A stretch of 64,000 nt of DNA, from NCBI RefSeq assembly GCF_044647545.1, contig NZ_CP172818.1. One strand, 5' to 3'. Positions 1 through 11,408 of the stretch are shown one piece after another. The notes beneath the pieces were generated by a model. It was given only the letters and a program-made list of their open reading frames with translations. It ran no database searches and had not been told where the DNA came from. Origin of the DNA: Escherichia coli. GTDB lineage: Bacteria > Pseudomonadota > Gammaproteobacteria > Enterobacterales > Enterobacteriaceae. A program made the translations under genes and the position numbers. Position 1 is the stretch's first letter. Each line of letters starts with the position of its first letter.

Positions 1-672
1 AACGCATTTTGCGATGCCCATCCCGATCATACTGTCGTCGTCTACGCCAACACTTCTGCTGCGGTAAAAGCGCGGGCAGATTGGGTGGTAACTTCAAGCA
101 TTGCCGTCGAACTTATTGATCATCTGGATAGTTTGGGTGAAAAAATCATCTGGGCACCCGACAAACATCTGGGGCGTTACGTGCAAAAACAGACGGGCGC
201 AGACATTTTATGTTGGCAGGGTGCCTGCATTGTGCATGATGAGTTTAAGACTCAGGCGTTAACCCGCTTGCAAGAAGAATACCCGGATGCTGCCATACTG
301 GTGCATCCAGAATCACCGCAAGCTATTGTCGATATGGCGGATGCGGTCGGTTCCACCAGTCAACTGATCGCTGCTGCGAAAACATTGCCACATCAGCGAC
401 TTATCGTGGCAACCGATCGGGGCATTTTCTACAAAATGCAGCAGGCGGTGCCAGATAAAGAGTTACTGGAAGCACCAACCGCGGGTGAGGGTGCAACCTG
501 CCGCAGCTGCGCGCATTGTCCGTGGATGGCCATGAATGGCCTTCAGGCCATCGCAGAGGCATTAGAACAGGAAGGAAGCAATCACGAGGTTCATGTTGAT
601 GAAAGGCTGCGAGAGAGGGCGCTGGTGCCGCTCAATCGTATGCTGGATTTTGCGGCTACACTACGTGGATAA
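1..672 (+). CDS. nadA: quinolinate synthase A, C-terminal part (5' end outside window)
   Basis: Frame 1 is open from nt 1 to TAA at 670-672; translation ends ...[15 protein letters not shown]...DFAATLRG as in NadA; the M at 85 is internal. Confidence 0.93.
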   Translation, partial: NAFCDAHPDHTVVVYANTSAAVKARADWVVTSSIAVELIDHLDSLGEKIIWAPDKHLGRYVQKQTGADILCWQGACIVHDEFKTQALTRLQEEYPDAAILVHPESPQAIVDMADAVGSTSQLIAAAKTLPHQRLIVATDRGIFYKMQQAVPDKELLEAPTAGEGATCRSCAHCPWMAMNGLQAIAEALEQEGSNHEVHVDERLRERALVPLNRMLDFAATLRG

Positions 673-709
673 CGAATAATAAGGCGTAACGTTACGCTTT
701 GGGGGAAAG

Positions 710-1429
710 ATGGATTTTTTTAGTGTGCAGAATATCCTGGTACATATACCAATAGGAGCAGGCGGTTATGATCTCTCATGGATCGAAGCGGTAGGCACGA
801 TCGCCGGGTTGTTGTGTATTGGCCTTGCCAGTCTGGAGAAGATCAGCAACTACTTCTTTGGCCTGATCAACGTCACCTTGTTTGGCATTATTTTCTTTCA
901 GATTCAGCTGTATGCCAGCCTGCTATTACAGATGTTTTTCTTTGCCGCGAATATTTACGGCTGGTATGCGTGGTCGCGACAAACCAGTCAGAACGAGGCG
1001 GAGTTGAAAATTCGCTGGTTGCCATTGCCGAAGGCGCTATGCTGGTTGGCGGTTTGCGTTGTTTCGATTGGTCTGATGACGGTATTTATCAATCCGGTGT
1101 TTGCATTTTTGACCCGCGTGGCAGTCATCATCATGCAAGCATTAGGATTACAGGTTGCGATGCCTGAACTGCAACCGGACGCTTTCCCGTTCTGGGATTC
1201 CTGCATGATGGTGTTATCTATCGTGGCAATGATTCTGATGACGCGTAAATATGTGGAAAACTGGCTGTTGTGGGTGATTATTAACGTGATTAGCGTCGTT
1301 ATTTTTGCACTTCAGGGCGTTTACGCCATGTCTCTGGAGTACATCATCCTGACCTTTATTGCGCTCAACGGCAGCCGGATGTGGATCAACAGCGCACGCG
1401 AAAGAGGCTCACGCGCGCTGTCCCATTAA
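710..1429 (+). CDS. pnuC: nicotinamide riboside transporter PnuC
   Basis: 239-aa polytopic membrane ORF immediately downstream of nadA; sequence and position match PnuC. Confidence 0.93.
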   Translation: MDFFSVQNILVHIPIGAGGYDLSWIEAVGTIAGLLCIGLASLEKISNYFFGLINVTLFGIIFFQIQLYASLLLQMFFFAANIYGWYAWSRQTSQNEAELKIRWLPLPKALCWLAVCVVSIGLMTVFINPVFAFLTRVAVIIMQALGLQVAMPELQPDAFPFWDSCMMVLSIVAMILMTRKYVENWLLWVIINVISVVIFALQGVYAMSLEYIILTFIALNGSRMWINSARERGSRALSH

Positions 1430-2367
1430 TGGTGATGATGTGAATGGCCAGACACCCCTTCATTCAGGTGGCAGTCTGGCCCATGACAAGGTTGATATTC
1501 CATCTGAATAGTGGCGTGCTCAATCTGATAGTGATCCATCAGGTAGTGTTGGATCTGATCTAACAAGGCATCGTGATCGTGTGGCGGGATCACCTGCACA
1601 TGCAGCGTCATCACCGGCTTCTCGCCTACCATCCATACATGTACATGGTGCACATTGCGGACTTCCGGGATTTCCCGGCACATACGACGCTTCAGTTCGG
1701 CGATATCCAGCGATACCGGTGCACCTTCAAGTAATTCATTCACGCTATCTTTCAACAGTCGCCACGCGCTACGCAGAACCAGAAGCGACACCAGTATTGA
1801 GAGAATGGGGTCAGCAGGTGTCCAGCCGGTCCAGATAATAATCAACGCGGCAATAATAGCCCCAACCGAACCCAGCAGGTCCCCGAGCACATGCAGTGCC
1901 GCTGCTCGCACGTTGAGGTTTTTCTCTTCGCTGCCGTGATGAAGTAACCAGAAAGAAAGTATATTTGCCAGCAGCCCAGCCACGGCAATTGCCATCATCA
2001 TGCCGCCCTCGACCGGACGCGGAGTGCGGAAGCGTTCTATCGCCTCCCAGACAATCAAAATAGTAATCACCACCAGGGCGATGGCATTCACAAACGCCGC
2101 GAGCGTGGTCAATCTTAGCCAACCGAAAGTGTGGCGAATGGTGGGAGGACGACGGGAAAATTGCACTGCGAGTAGGGCGAAAAGCAGGGCGGCAGTATCG
2201 GTCAACATATGACCCGCATCGGCCAGCAATGCCAGAGAACCGGAAAGAAAACCACCAATGACTTCTACGAGCATAAACCCGGCAGTCACGCCGAAAGCAT
2301 ACAACAAGCGACGAGCATTATTATCTTCTGGCAGGTGTGAGGAAGTGTGTGAGTGTGAGTGCGCCAT
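1426..2367 (-). CDS. zitB: Zn(II)/H+ antiporter, cation diffusion facilitator family
   Basis: 313-aa ORF with His-rich N-terminus ([11 protein letters not shown]) and C-terminus (SGHSHHHH) and six TM segments; 3' end overlaps pnuC stop by 4 nt. Confidence 0.93.
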   Translation of the reverse strand: MAHSHSHTSSHLPEDNNARRLLYAFGVTAGFMLVEVIGGFLSGSLALLADAGHMLTDTAALLFALLAVQFSRRPPTIRHTFGWLRLTTLAAFVNAIALVVITILIVWEAIERFRTPRPVEGGMMMAIAVAGLLANILSFWLLHHGSEEKNLNVRAAALHVLGDLLGSVGAIIAALIIIWTGWTPADPILSILVSLLVLRSAWRLLKDSVNELLEGAPVSLDIAELKRRMCREIPEVRNVHHVHVWMVGEKPVMTLHVQVIPPHDHDALLDQIQHYLMDHYQIEHATIQMEYQPCHGPDCHLNEGVSGHSHHHH

Positions 2368-2439
2368 GACGAGTCATCCCTTAATTATTCTCACTTAACT
2401 TTATGACATCATACTGCTTTTAGAAGGGAAAAATTAAAA

Positions 2440-2459
2440 GGGAGAGACTCCGCTCTCCC
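2440..2459 (-). terminator. hairpin downstream of ybgS (putative intrinsic terminator)
   Basis: GGGAGAG-N6-CTCTCCC inverted repeat, followed on the minus strand by a T-rich run. Confidence 0.5.
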
Positions 2460-2480
2460 ATTATTGGCTATTTCGCAGGG

Positions 2481-2861
2481 TTACTGCGTGGTACCGTCGG
2501 TTTTGGTATCGACATCATTGTTGATGCCATCACCGGTTTGGACTTTTTTATTGATATCAGGACAGCGGCCATCTTTGCACATGGTGTTCTTGTGCTCTTC
2601 ATCTTTGGTCATTCCGTCATTGTTCATTGAAGAACCATCCGAATGCAGCATTGTGCCACCAGAACCGGTATTTACCCCGTTATTGTCGACGTTATTTGGC
2701 GCGACATTTTCACGGGCGTCAGGGGCTACCTGGCCCGCATCAGCTGCGGCGTTTGCCTGGCCGTTATTAGTTTGTGCTCCGCTATCGGCAGCCAGTGCGG
2801 CACCGCTGGCAAGGCTTAGAGTGGCAGTCAAAAATAGTGTGGCCAGTTTTGTCATTTTCAT
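2481..2861 (-). CDS. ybgS: small secreted low-complexity protein YbgS
   Basis: 126-aa ORF with signal peptide ([24 protein letters not shown]) followed by N/D/G/T-rich low-complexity sequence and a CKDGRC pair. Confidence 0.85.
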
Positions 2862-3088
2862 AGGATGCTCCTGTTATGGTCGTTATGTCGGATAACCTCT
2901 TCCAACAGTGCATTTGCAGGTGAATATAAGGCAATGGTTTAAGATTTCAGCCAGGCAAAGATACCCAGCAGAGAATCTTGAAATAATTAACAAACAAAGG
3001 AGTTACAGTTAGAAATTGTAGGAGAGATCTCGTTTTTCGCGACAATCTGGCGTTTTTCTTGCTAATTCCAGGATTAATCCGTTCATAG

Positions 3089-3106
3089 TGTAAAACCCCG
3101 TTTACA
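3089..3106 (+). promoter_or_regulatory. TyrR box in aroG promoter region
   Basis: TGTAAA-N6-TTTACA palindrome (tgtaaaaccccgtttaca) about 70 nt upstream of aroG ATG. Confidence 0.65.
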
Positions 3107-3176
3107 CATTCTGACGGAAGATATAGATTGGAAGTATTGCATTCACTAAGATAAGTATGGCAACACTGGAACAGAC

Positions 3177-4229
3177 ATGAATTATCAGAACGACGATTTA
3201 CGCATCAAAGAAATCAAAGAGTTACTTCCTCCTGTCGCATTGCTGGAAAAATTCCCCGCTACTGAAAATGCCGCGAATACGGTCGCCCATGCCCGAAAAG
3301 CGATCCATAAGATCCTGAAAGGTAATGATGATCGCCTGTTGGTGGTGATTGGCCCATGCTCAATTCATGATCCTGTCGCAGCAAAAGAGTATGCCACTCG
3401 CTTGCTGGCGCTGCGTGAAGAGCTGAAAGATGAGCTGGAAATCGTAATGCGCGTCTATTTTGAAAAGCCGCGTACAACGGTGGGCTGGAAAGGGCTGATT
3501 AACGATCCGCATATGGATAACAGCTTCCAGATCAACGACGGTCTGCGTATTGCCCGCAAATTGCTGCTCGATATTAACGACAGCGGTCTGCCAGCGGCGG
3601 GTGAATTCCTGGATATGATCACCCCACAATATCTCGCTGACCTGATGAGCTGGGGCGCAATTGGCGCACGTACTACGGAATCGCAGGTGCACCGCGAACT
3701 GGCGTCTGGTCTTTCTTGCCCGGTAGGCTTCAAAAATGGCACTGATGGTACGATTAAAGTGGCTATCGATGCTATTAATGCCGCCGGTGCGCCGCACTGC
3801 TTCCTGTCCGTAACGAAATGGGGGCATTCGGCGATTGTGAATACCAGCGGTAACGGCGATTGCCATATCATTCTGCGCGGCGGTAAAGAGCCTAACTACA
3901 GCGCGAAGCACGTTGCTGAAGTGAAAGACGGGCTGAACAAAGCAGGTCTGCCAGCGCAGGTGATGATCGATTTCAGCCACGCCAACTCGTCCAAACAATT
4001 CAAAAAGCAGATGGATGTTTGTGCTGACGTTTGCCAGCAGATTGCCGGTGGCGAAAAGGCTATTATTGGCGTGATGGTGGAAAGCCATCTGGTGGAAGGC
4101 AATCAGAGCCTCGAGAGTGGGGAACCGCTGGCCTATGGCAAGAGCATCACCGATGCCTGCATTGGCTGGGATGATACCGATGCTCTGTTACGTCAACTGG
4201 CGAATGCAGTAAAAGCGCGTCGCGGGTAA
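3177..4229 (+). CDS. aroG: DAHP synthase, Phe-sensitive
   Basis: 350-aa ORF MNYQNDDLRIKEIKELLPP...; matches AroG; TyrR box in the upstream region. Confidence 0.96.
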   Translation: MNYQNDDLRIKEIKELLPPVALLEKFPATENAANTVAHARKAIHKILKGNDDRLLVVIGPCSIHDPVAAKEYATRLLALREELKDELEIVMRVYFEKPRTTVGWKGLINDPHMDNSFQINDGLRIARKLLLDINDSGLPAAGEFLDMITPQYLADLMSWGAIGARTTESQVHRELASGLSCPVGFKNGTDGTIKVAIDAINAAGAPHCFLSVTKWGHSAIVNTSGNGDCHIILRGGKEPNYSAKHVAEVKDGLNKAGLPAQVMIDFSHANSSKQFKKQMDVCADVCQQIAGGEKAIIGVMVESHLVEGNQSLESGEPLAYGKSITDACIGWDDTDALLRQLANAVKARRG

Positions 4230-4240
4230 AGTTTAATTGT

Positions 4241-4313
4241 CGGATGCGCCGTCAGAGTGGCGTATCCGATTAATCACCGGAGGCCTGATAAGACGCGCAG
4301 CGTCGCATCAGGC
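4241..4313. repeat. REP/BIME palindromic units downstream of aroG
   Basis: Two GC-rich imperfect palindromes (cggatgcgcc...ggcgtatccg; gcctgataagacgcg...cgtcgcatcaggc) typical of REP. Confidence 0.7.
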
Positions 4314-4342
4314 AATGTGCTCCATTGTTAGCAACGACAAAC

Positions 4343-4381
4343 AAAAAAGCCGACTCACTTGCAGTCGGCTTTCTCATTTTT
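4343..4381. terminator. bidirectional intrinsic terminator between aroG and gpmA
   Basis: Hairpin aagccgact-N7-agtcggctt flanked by an A-run upstream and a T-run downstream. Confidence 0.75.
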
Positions 4382-4394
4382 AAACGAATGACGT

Positions 4395-5147
4395 TTACTT
4401 CGCTTTACCCTGGTTCGCAACGGCTGCTGCTTTCGCCGCGATCTCATCAGCATTACCCAGATAATAGCGTTTCAGCGGTTTGAAGTTCTCGTCAAACTCA
4501 TAAACCAGCGGCACGCCGGTCGGGATATTCAGCTCAAGAATCTCTTCTTCGCTCATGTTATCGAGATATTTCACCAGCGCACGTAACGAGTTACCGTGTG
4601 CAGCGATGATGACGCGCTCACCGCTCTTCATACGCGGCAGAATGGTTTCATTCCAGTAAGGGATCACGCGGTCAATGGTCAGCGCCAGGCTTTCCGTCAG
4701 TGGCAGCTCTTTCTCGCTCAGTTTCGCGTAACGCGGATCGTGACCCGGATAACGCTCATCATCTTTAGTCAGTTCCGGCGGAGTCACCGCAAAACCACGA
4801 CGCCACTGTTTCACCTGCTCGTCGCCATACTTTTCAGCGGTTTCCGCTTTGTTCAGACCCTGCAATGCACCGTAGTGACGTTCGTTCAGTTTCCAGGATT
4901 TCTCAACGGGCAGCCATGCCTGATCCAGTTCGTCCAGCACATTCCATAGGGTATGAATAGCGCGTTTCAGCACAGAGGTGTAAGCAAAGTCAAAGCTGTA
5001 ACCTTCCTCTTTCAGCAGCTTACCTGCTGCTTTTGCTTCGCTTACGCCTTTCTCAGACAGATCCACGTCGTACCAACCGGTGAAACGGTTTTCTTTGTTC
5101 CACTGACTTTCGCCATGACGAACCAGAACCAGCTTAGTTACAGCCAT
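4395..5147 (-). CDS. gpmA: 2,3-bisphosphoglycerate-dependent phosphoglycerate mutase
   Basis: Start chosen at [17 protein letters not shown] (RHG catalytic motif) with GGAG RBS upstream; longer ORF to 5162 is an N-terminal extension. Confidence 0.93.
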
Positions 5148-5171
5148 ATACTTACTCCTCAAATCATCTTT

Positions 5172-5192
5172 TAATGATAATAATTCTCATTA
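5172..5192 (-). promoter_or_regulatory. Fur-box-like site in gpmA promoter
   Basis: aatgataataattctcattat immediately upstream of gpmA start resembles the Fur consensus GATAATGATAATCATTATC. Confidence 0.5.
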
Positions 5193-5349
5193 TATTGCCG
5201 TGACGAAGCAACAGCAATGCTTACGCATAACCATAGCGAAAATAGTGTCGCAGTGTAAGGTTGTTGTGAATATTGAGTTGCAAATATGTCGGTGTTTGCT
5301 GGTGATTTGAACAATATGAGGATAAAGCCCTCATGACGAGGGCTTAACA

Positions 5350-6390
5350 TTACTGAGCAATAAACTGATATTCCGTCAGGCTGGAATACTCTTCGCCAGG
5401 ACGCAGGAAGCAGTCCGGTTGCGGCCATTCAGGGTGGTTCGGGCTGTCCGGCAGAAATTCGCTTTCCAGAGCCAGCCCTTGCCAGTCGGCGTAAGGTTCG
5501 GTTCCCCGCGACGGTGTGCCGCCGAGGAAGTTGCCGGAGTAGAATTGCAGAGCCGGAGCGGTGGTGTAGACCTTCAGCTGCAATTTTTCATCTGCTGACC
5601 AGACATGCGCCGCCACTTTCTTGCCATCGCCTTTGGCCTGTAACAAGAACGCGTGATCGTAACCTTTCACTTTGCGCTGATCGTCGTCGGCAAGAAACTC
5701 ACTGGCGATGATTTTGGCGCTGCGGAAATCAAAAGAGGTTCCGGCGACAGATTTCAGACCGTCGTGCGGAATGCCGCCTTCATCAACCGGCAGATATTCG
5801 TCCGCCAGAATCTGCAACTTATGATTGCGCGCGTCAGACTGCTCGCCGTCAAGATTGAAATAGACGTGATTAGTCATATTCACCGGGCAAGGTTTATCAA
5901 CTGTGGCGCGATAAGTAATGGAGATACGGTTATCGTCGGTCAGACGATATTGCACCGTCGCGCCGAGATTACCCGGGAAGCCCTGATCGCCATCATCTGA
6001 ACTCAGGGCAAATAGCACCTGACGATCATTCTGGTTCACAATCTGCCAGCGACGTTTGTCGAACCCTTCCGGGCCGCCGTGCAGCTGGTTAACGCCCTGA
6101 CTTGGCGAAAGCGTCACGGTTTCACCGTCAAAGGTATAACGGCTATTGGCGATGCGGTTGGCATAACGACCAATAGAGGCCCCCAGAAATGCGGCCTGAT
6201 CCTGATAGCATTCCGGGCTGGCGCAGCCAAGCAGCGCCTCGCGGACGCTGCCATCGGAAAGCGGAATACGGGCGGAAAGTAAAGTCGCACCCCAGTCCAT
6301 CAGCGTGACTACCATCCCTGCGTTGTTACGCAAAGTTAACAGTCGGTACGGCTGACCATCGGGTGCCAGTGCGGGAGTTTCGTTCAGCAC
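5350..6390 (-). CDS. galM: aldose 1-epimerase (galactose mutarotase)
   Basis: 346-aa ORF at the distal end of the gal operon; overlaps galK stop by 7 nt. Confidence 0.95.
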   Translation of the reverse strand: MLNETPALAPDGQPYRLLTLRNNAGMVVTLMDWGATLLSARIPLSDGSVREALLGCASPECYQDQAAFLGASIGRYANRIANSRYTFDGETVTLSPSQGVNQLHGGPEGFDKRRWQIVNQNDRQVLFALSSDDGDQGFPGNLGATVQYRLTDDNRISITYRATVDKPCPVNMTNHVYFNLDGEQSDARNHKLQILADEYLPVDEGGIPHDGLKSVAGTSFDFRSAKIIASEFLADDDQRKVKGYDHAFLLQAKGDGKKVAAHVWSADEKLQLKVYTTAPALQFYSGNFLGGTPSRGTEPYADWQGLALESEFLPDSPNHPEWPQPDCFLRPGEEYSSLTEYQFIAQ

Positions 6391-7532
6391 TGTCCTGCTC
6401 CTTGTGATGGTTTACAAACGTAAAAAGTCTCTTTAATACCTGTTTTTGCTTCATATTGTTCAGCGACAGCTTGCTGTACTGCAGGCACCAGCTCTTCCGG
6501 GATCAGCGCGACGATGCAGCCGCCAAATCCGCCGCCGGTCATGCGTACGCCACCTTTGTCGCCAATCACAGCTTTGACGATTTCTACCAGAGTGTCAATT
6601 TGCGGCACGGTGATTTCGAAATCATCGCGCATAGAGGCATGAGACTCCGCCATCAACTCGCCCATACGTTTCAGGTCGCCTTGCTCCAGCGCGCTGGCAG
6701 CTTCAACGGTGCGGGCGTTTTCAGTCAGGATATGACGCACGCGTTTCGCCACGATTGGGTCCAGTTCATGCGCAACAGCGTTGAACTCTTCAATGGTGAC
6801 ATCGCGCAGAGCTGGCTGCTGGAAGAAACGCGCACCGGTTTCGCACTGTTCACGACGGGTGTTGTATTCGCTGCCAACCAGGGTACGTTTGAAGTTACTG
6901 TTAATGATGACGACAGCCACACCTTTCGGCATGGAAACTGCTTTAGTCCCCAGTGAGCGGCAGTCAATCAGCAAGGCATGATCTTTCTTGCCGAGTGCGG
7001 AAATTAGCTGATCCATGATCCCGCAGTTACAGCCAACAAACTGGTTTTCTGCTTCCTGACCGTTAAGCGCGATTTGTGCGCCGTCCAGCGGCAAATGATA
7101 AAGCTGCTGCAATACGGTTCCGACCGCGACTTCCAGTGAAGCGGAAGAACTTAACCCGGCACCCTGCGGCACATTGCCGCTGATCACCATGTCCACGCCG
7201 CCGAAGCTGTTGTTACGCAGTTGCAGATGTTTCACCACGCCACGAACGTAGTTAGCCCATTGATAGCTTTCATGCGCGACAATGGGCGCATCGAGGGAAA
7301 ACTCGTCGAGCTGATTTTCATAATCGGCTGCCATCACGCGAACTTTACGGTCATCGCGTGGTGCACAACTGATCACGGTTTGATAATCAATCGCGCAGGG
7401 CAGAACGAAACCGTCGTTGTAGTCGGTGTGTTCACCAATCAAATTCACGCGGCCAGGCGCCTGAATGGTGTGAGTGGCAGGGTAGCCAAATGCGTTGGCA
7501 AACAGAGATTGTGTTTTTTCTTTCAGACTCAT
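6384..7532 (-). CDS. galK: galactokinase
   Basis: 382-aa ORF with galactokinase signature [14 protein letters not shown] and GHMP-kinase glycine-rich loop. Confidence 0.97.
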   Translation of the reverse strand: MSLKEKTQSLFANAFGYPATHTIQAPGRVNLIGEHTDYNDGFVLPCAIDYQTVISCAPRDDRKVRVMAADYENQLDEFSLDAPIVAHESYQWANYVRGVVKHLQLRNNSFGGVDMVISGNVPQGAGLSSSASLEVAVGTVLQQLYHLPLDGAQIALNGQEAENQFVGCNCGIMDQLISALGKKDHALLIDCRSLGTKAVSMPKGVAVVIINSNFKRTLVGSEYNTRREQCETGARFFQQPALRDVTIEEFNAVAHELDPIVAKRVRHILTENARTVEAASALEQGDLKRMGELMAESHASMRDDFEITVPQIDTLVEIVKAVIGDKGGVRMTGGGFGGCIVALIPEELVPAVQQAVAEQYEAKTGIKETFYVCKPSQGAGQC

Positions 7533-7535
7533 TTC

Positions 7536-8582
7536 TTACACTCCGGATTCGCGAAAATGGATATCGCTGACTGCGCGCAAACGCTCTGCTGCCTGTTCTG
7601 CGGTCAGGTCTCGCTGGGTTTCTGCCAGCATTTCATAACCAACCATAAATTTACGTACGGTGGCGGAGCGCAACAGAGGCGGATAAAAGTGCGCGTGCAG
7701 CTGCCAGTGTTGATTCTCTTCGCCATTAAATGGCGCGCCGTGCCAGCCCATAGAGTAGGGGAAGGAGCACTGGAAGAGGTTGTCATAACGACTGGTCAGC
7801 TTTTTCAACGCCAGTGCCAAATCGCTGCGCTGGGCGTCGGTCAAATCGGTGATCCGCAAAACGTGGGCTTTGGGCAGCAGTAGCGTTTCGAACGGCCAGG
7901 CAGCCCAGTAAGGTACAACGGCTAACCAGTGTTCGGTTTCGACAACGGTACGGCTACCGTCTGCCAGCTCGCGCTGAACATAATCCACCAGCATTGGTGA
8001 TTTCTGCCCGGCGAAATATTCTTTTTGCAGGCGGTCTTCGCGCTCAGCTTCGTTAGGCAGGAAGCTATTTGCCCAAATCTGTCCGTGCGGATGCGGGTTA
8101 GAGCAGCCCATCGCCGCGCCTTTGTTTTCAAAGACCTGTACCCACGGGTACGTTTTTCCCAGCTCTGCGGTTTGCTCCTGCCAGGTTTTGACGATTTCCG
8201 TCAATGCCGCAACGCTCAGTTCTGGCAACGTTTTACTGTGATCCGGTGAAAAGCAGATCACCCGGCTGGTACCGCGCGCGCTCTGGCAACCCATTAGCGG
8301 ATCGTTGCTTTCTGGCGCATCTGGCGTGTCAGACATCAAGGCCGCAAAGTCATTAGTGAAAACGTAAGTCCCGGTGTAATCGGGGTTTTTATCGCCTGTC
8401 ACCCGTACATTACCTGCGCAGAGGAAGCAATTTGGATCGTGCGCAGGTAACACCTGTTTGGCTGGCGTTTCCTGCGCCCCCTGCCAGGGGCGCTTAGCGC
8501 GGTGCGGTGAAACCAGAATCCATTGCCCGGTGAGCGGGTTGTAGCGGCGATGTGGATGATCAACGGGGTTAAATTGCGTCAT
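7536..8582 (-). CDS. galT: galactose-1-phosphate uridylyltransferase
   Basis: 348-aa ORF with HPH active-site motif ([11 protein letters not shown]) and Cys/His zinc ligands. Confidence 0.97.
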   Translation of the reverse strand: MTQFNPVDHPHRRYNPLTGQWILVSPHRAKRPWQGAQETPAKQVLPAHDPNCFLCAGNVRVTGDKNPDYTGTYVFTNDFAALMSDTPDAPESNDPLMGCQSARGTSRVICFSPDHSKTLPELSVAALTEIVKTWQEQTAELGKTYPWVQVFENKGAAMGCSNPHPHGQIWANSFLPNEAEREDRLQKEYFAGQKSPMLVDYVQRELADGSRTVVETEHWLAVVPYWAAWPFETLLLPKAHVLRITDLTDAQRSDLALALKKLTSRYDNLFQCSFPYSMGWHGAPFNGEENQHWQLHAHFYPPLLRSATVRKFMVGYEMLAETQRDLTAEQAAERLRAVSDIHFRESGV

Positions 8583-8591
8583 GGTCGTTCC

Positions 8592-9608
8592 TTAATCGGG
8601 ATATCCCTGTGGATGGCGTGACTGCCAGTGCCAGGTGTCCTGCGCCATTTCATCGAGTGTGCGCGTTACGCGCCAGTTCAGTTCACGGTCGGCTTTGCTG
8701 GCGTCCGCCCAGTAGGCCGGAAGGTCGCCCTCGCGACGCGGTGCAAAATGATAATTAACCGGTTTGCCGCAGGCTTTGCTGAAGGCATTAACCACGTCCA
8801 GCACGCTGCTGCCTACGCCAGCGCCGAGGTTGTAGATGTGTACGCCTGGCTTGTTCGCCAGTTTCTCCATCGCCACGACGTGACCGTCCGCCAGATCCAT
8901 TACGTGGATGTAATCGCGCACGCCAGTACCGTCTTCGGTCGGATAATCGTTACCAAAAATCGCCAGCGAGTCGCGACGGCCTACAGCAACCTGGGCGATG
9001 TATGGCATCAGGTTATTTGGAATGCCTTGCGGATCTTCGCCCATATCGCCCGACGGATGTGCGCCAACCGGGTTGAAGTAGCGCAGCAGGGCAATGCTCC
9101 AGTCCGGCTGGGCTTTTTGCAGATCGGTGAGGATCTGTTCCACCATCAGCTTGCTTTTGCCGTAAGGGCTTTGCGGTGTGCCGGTCGGGAAGCTTTCAAC
9201 ATATGGAATTTTGGGCTGATCGCCATAAACGGTGGCGGAGGAGCTAAAGATAAAGTTTTTGACGTTAGCGGCGCGCATGGCGCTAATCAGGCGCAGAGTA
9301 CCGTTGACATTGTTGTCGTAATATTCAAGCGGTTTTTGTACCGATTCGCCAACGGCTTTCAGCCCGGCGAAGTGGATCACGGTGTCGATAGCGTGATCGT
9401 GCAGGATCTCGGTCATCAACGCTTCGTTACGGATATCGCCTTCAACAAACGTTGGATGTTTGCCGCCTAAACGCTCGATAACAGGCAGTACGCTGCGCTT
9501 ACTGTTACAGAGGTTATCAAGAATGATGACATCATGACCGTTTTGCAGTAATTGCACACAGGTATGACTTCCAATGTAACCGCTACCACCGGTAACCAGA
9601 ACTCTCAT
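8592..9608 (-). CDS. galE: UDP-glucose 4-epimerase
   Basis: Start chosen at MRVLVTGGSGYIGSH (NAD-binding Rossmann motif); the longer ORF to 9650 would begin inside the gal promoter. Confidence 0.95.
   Translation of the reverse strand: MRVLVTGGSGYIGSHTCVQLLQNGHDVIILDNLCNSKRSVLPVIERLGGKHPTFVEGDIRNEALMTEILHDHAIDTVIHFAGLKAVGESVQKPLEYYDNNVNGTLRLISAMRAANVKNFIFSSSATVYGDQPKIPYVESFPTGTPQSPYGKSKLMVEQILTDLQKAQPDWSIALLRYFNPVGAHPSGDMGEDPQGIPNNLMPYIAQVAVGRRDSLAIFGNDYPTEDGTGVRDYIHVMDLADGHVVAMEKLANKPGVHIYNLGAGVGSSVLDVVNAFSKACGKPVNYHFAPRREGDLPAYWADASKADRELNWRVTRTLDEMAQDTWHWQSRHPQGYPD
9574..9589 (-). promoter_or_regulatory. gal internal operator OI (GalR/GalS)
   Basis: atgtaaccgctaccac (complement GTGGTAGCGGTTACAT) inside the first codons of galE. 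Confidence 0.75.
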
Positions 9609-9702
9609 AATTCGCTCCATTAGGCTTATGGTATGAAATAACCATAGCATAACAAAGATGCGAAAAGTGTGACATGGAATAAATTAGTGGAATCGTTTAC
9701 AC
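9609..9702 (-). promoter_or_regulatory. gal P1/P2 promoter region with CRP site and external operator OE (9687-9702)
   Basis: Minus strand reads ...GTGTAAACGATTCCAC...TTATTCCATGTCACACTTTTCGCATCTTTGTTATGCTATGGTTATTTCATACC..., the gal control region. Confidence 0.8.
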
Positions 9703-9868
9703 AAGAATTTAGCCGTTTTTTATGTGCGATTAAGTGATTATAAAACAGAGGGTTTATGAATGATTGCGCTTTTTATCTGAAAAAAGTCTCGGTTTTATGC
9801 CTGGATGCGTCTAACTGTAGGCCGGAGAGGGCGCTTAGGCCGCCTCCGGTACAGTCAGCATTACCGAC

Positions 9869-11341
9869 TCAGTTTATTTTTGTCAGCGCATAGCGATAAA
9901 AGTCACCGTCCGGCACGAACTCCAGACGATGGGTAATACAGGCAGGCGCATCTTCAGCGTGGTGCGAAACAAACAACAATTGCGTTTCACCTTCGCTAAT
10001 CAGCACATCAACAAAACGGCGGATAAGCTGGCGATTGAGCGGGTCCAGCCCCTGTAGTGGTTCATCGAGAATAAGCAACGTCGGATGTTTCACCAGTGCG
10101 CGGACGATCAGCGCCAGACGCTGCTGTCCCCAGGAAAGACTATGGAACGGAGCGTCAGCCGTGCGTTTATCAATACCGAGAATATCCAGCCACTGCTGCA
10201 CCAGTTTTTGCTGGCGATCCGAAACGGCCTGATAAATGCCAATCGAATCAAAATAGCCAGAAAGAATCACATTACGCACGGTAGTGCTGACCCGGTAATC
10301 CAGATGCAAACTACTGCTGACGTAACCGATATGCTTTTTGATATCCCAGATGGTTTCGCCGCTGCCGCGACGTCGTCCGAAAAGCGTCAAATCGTTGCTG
10401 TAACCTTGCGGATGATCGCCAGTAATCAGGCTTAATAACGTCGATTTTCCCGCGCCATTTGGCCCGACAATTTGCCAGTGTTCGCCTGGATTCACCTGCC
10501 AGCTAAGGTTATTAAGAATGGGGCGATCGTTATAAGAAACCACGCCGTTGTTCAGCACAATGCGCGGTTCGTTGGCGGGTAAGGCGTGACGTGCTGAAGG
10601 TTCATCCGGCTCCGGCAGTTGCACACCTTCAAGCTGTTCGCTATGTGCCAGTTGCGCGACGAGTGCTTGTTGGAGCAGTTCTTCTTTAGCGCCAGTTTCC
10701 GCTAACGTGCAATCCGCCAGCACGCCAGCAAACTGGACAAATTCTGGGATCTCATCGAAGCGATTGAGCACCAGTACCAGAGTAATACCGGACTGATGTA
10801 ACGAGGCGAGTAGCTCAGCCAGCTGCTGACGTGAGGCAACATCCAGGCCATCGAACGGCTCATCAAGAATCAACAAGTCAGGCTCCGACATCAGCGCCTG
10901 ACACAGCAGGGTTTTTCGCGTCTCGCCAGTGGAAAGGTATTTAAAGCGTCGGTCGAGGAGGGCGGTAATACCGAACTGCTGCGCCAGTTGCATGCAACGC
11001 GGAGTATCCTTTACTTCATCCTGAATGATCTCAGCCGTGGTACGCCCGGTGTCATCTTCGCCAGGACTAAGCATATCGGTGTTATTCCGCTGCCATTCGT
11101 CGCTGACGAGCTTTTGCAATTGCTCGAAGGAGAGACGAGTGATGTGGGAAAACTGGCTTTGCCGTTCACCTTTCAAAAGCGGAAGTTCCCCCGACAGCGC
11201 GCGGGCCAGCGCCGATTTCCCGCTTCCATTCGAACCGACAAACGCCCAACTATCACCCGCGTTTAACGTTAGCCGAGGCAATTGCAGCGTTTTTGTGTCG
11301 CCAAGACGAAACGTGCCTTGCAAAATTTGCAACGATGACAT
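9869..11341 (-). CDS. modF: tandem-domain ABC ATPase ModF (no permease domain)
   Basis: Two Walker A motifs (GSNGSGKS, GPNGAGKST) and two ABC signatures (LSTGETRK, LSWGQQRL) in one ORF; start chosen at MSSLQILQG. Confidence 0.9.
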   Translation of the reverse strand: MSSLQILQGTFRLGDTKTLQLPRLTLNAGDSWAFVGSNGSGKSALARALSGELPLLKGERQSQFSHITRLSFEQLQKLVSDEWQRNNTDMLSPGEDDTGRTTAEIIQDEVKDTPRCMQLAQQFGITALLDRRFKYLSTGETRKTLLCQALMSEPDLLILDEPFDGLDVASRQQLAELLASLHQSGITLVLVLNRFDEIPEFVQFAGVLADCTLAETGAKEELLQQALVAQLAHSEQLEGVQLPEPDEPSARHALPANEPRIVLNNGVVSYNDRPILNNLSWQVNPGEHWQIVGPNGAGKSTLLSLITGDHPQGYSNDLTLFGRRRGSGETIWDIKKHIGYVSSSLHLDYRVSTTVRNVILSGYFDSIGIYQAVSDRQQKLVQQWLDILGIDKRTADAPFHSLSWGQQRLALIVRALVKHPTLLILDEPLQGLDPLNRQLIRRFVDVLISEGETQLLFVSHHAEDAPACITHRLEFVPDGDFYRYALTKIN

Positions 11342-11408
11342 TTTATATCCCATTTTGTGCAGCGATTACTGACAGGGATACGTGTTTCATAACAAATTGT
11401 CAACACGC

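Noticed and set aside
3360-4088. 242-aa minus-strand ORF inside aroG
   Set aside because: Lies entirely antisense to the well-supported aroG coding region, has no RBS and no recognisable domain; typical shadow ORF of a GC-rich gene.
8628-9470. 280-aa plus-strand ORF antisense to galE
   Set aside because: Completely embedded in galE on the opposite strand; no RBS or motif support.
9609-9650. N-terminal extension of galE (ORF track start 9650)
   Set aside because: Would place the start codon inside the gal promoter/operator region; the Rossmann motif begins right after the Met at 9606-9608.
9790-9868. GC-rich segment downstream of modF with REP-like fragments (gtaggccggag...gccgcctccggtac)
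   Set aside because: Resembles a degenerate REP/terminator structure but does not match the REP consensus well enough to call without an alignment.
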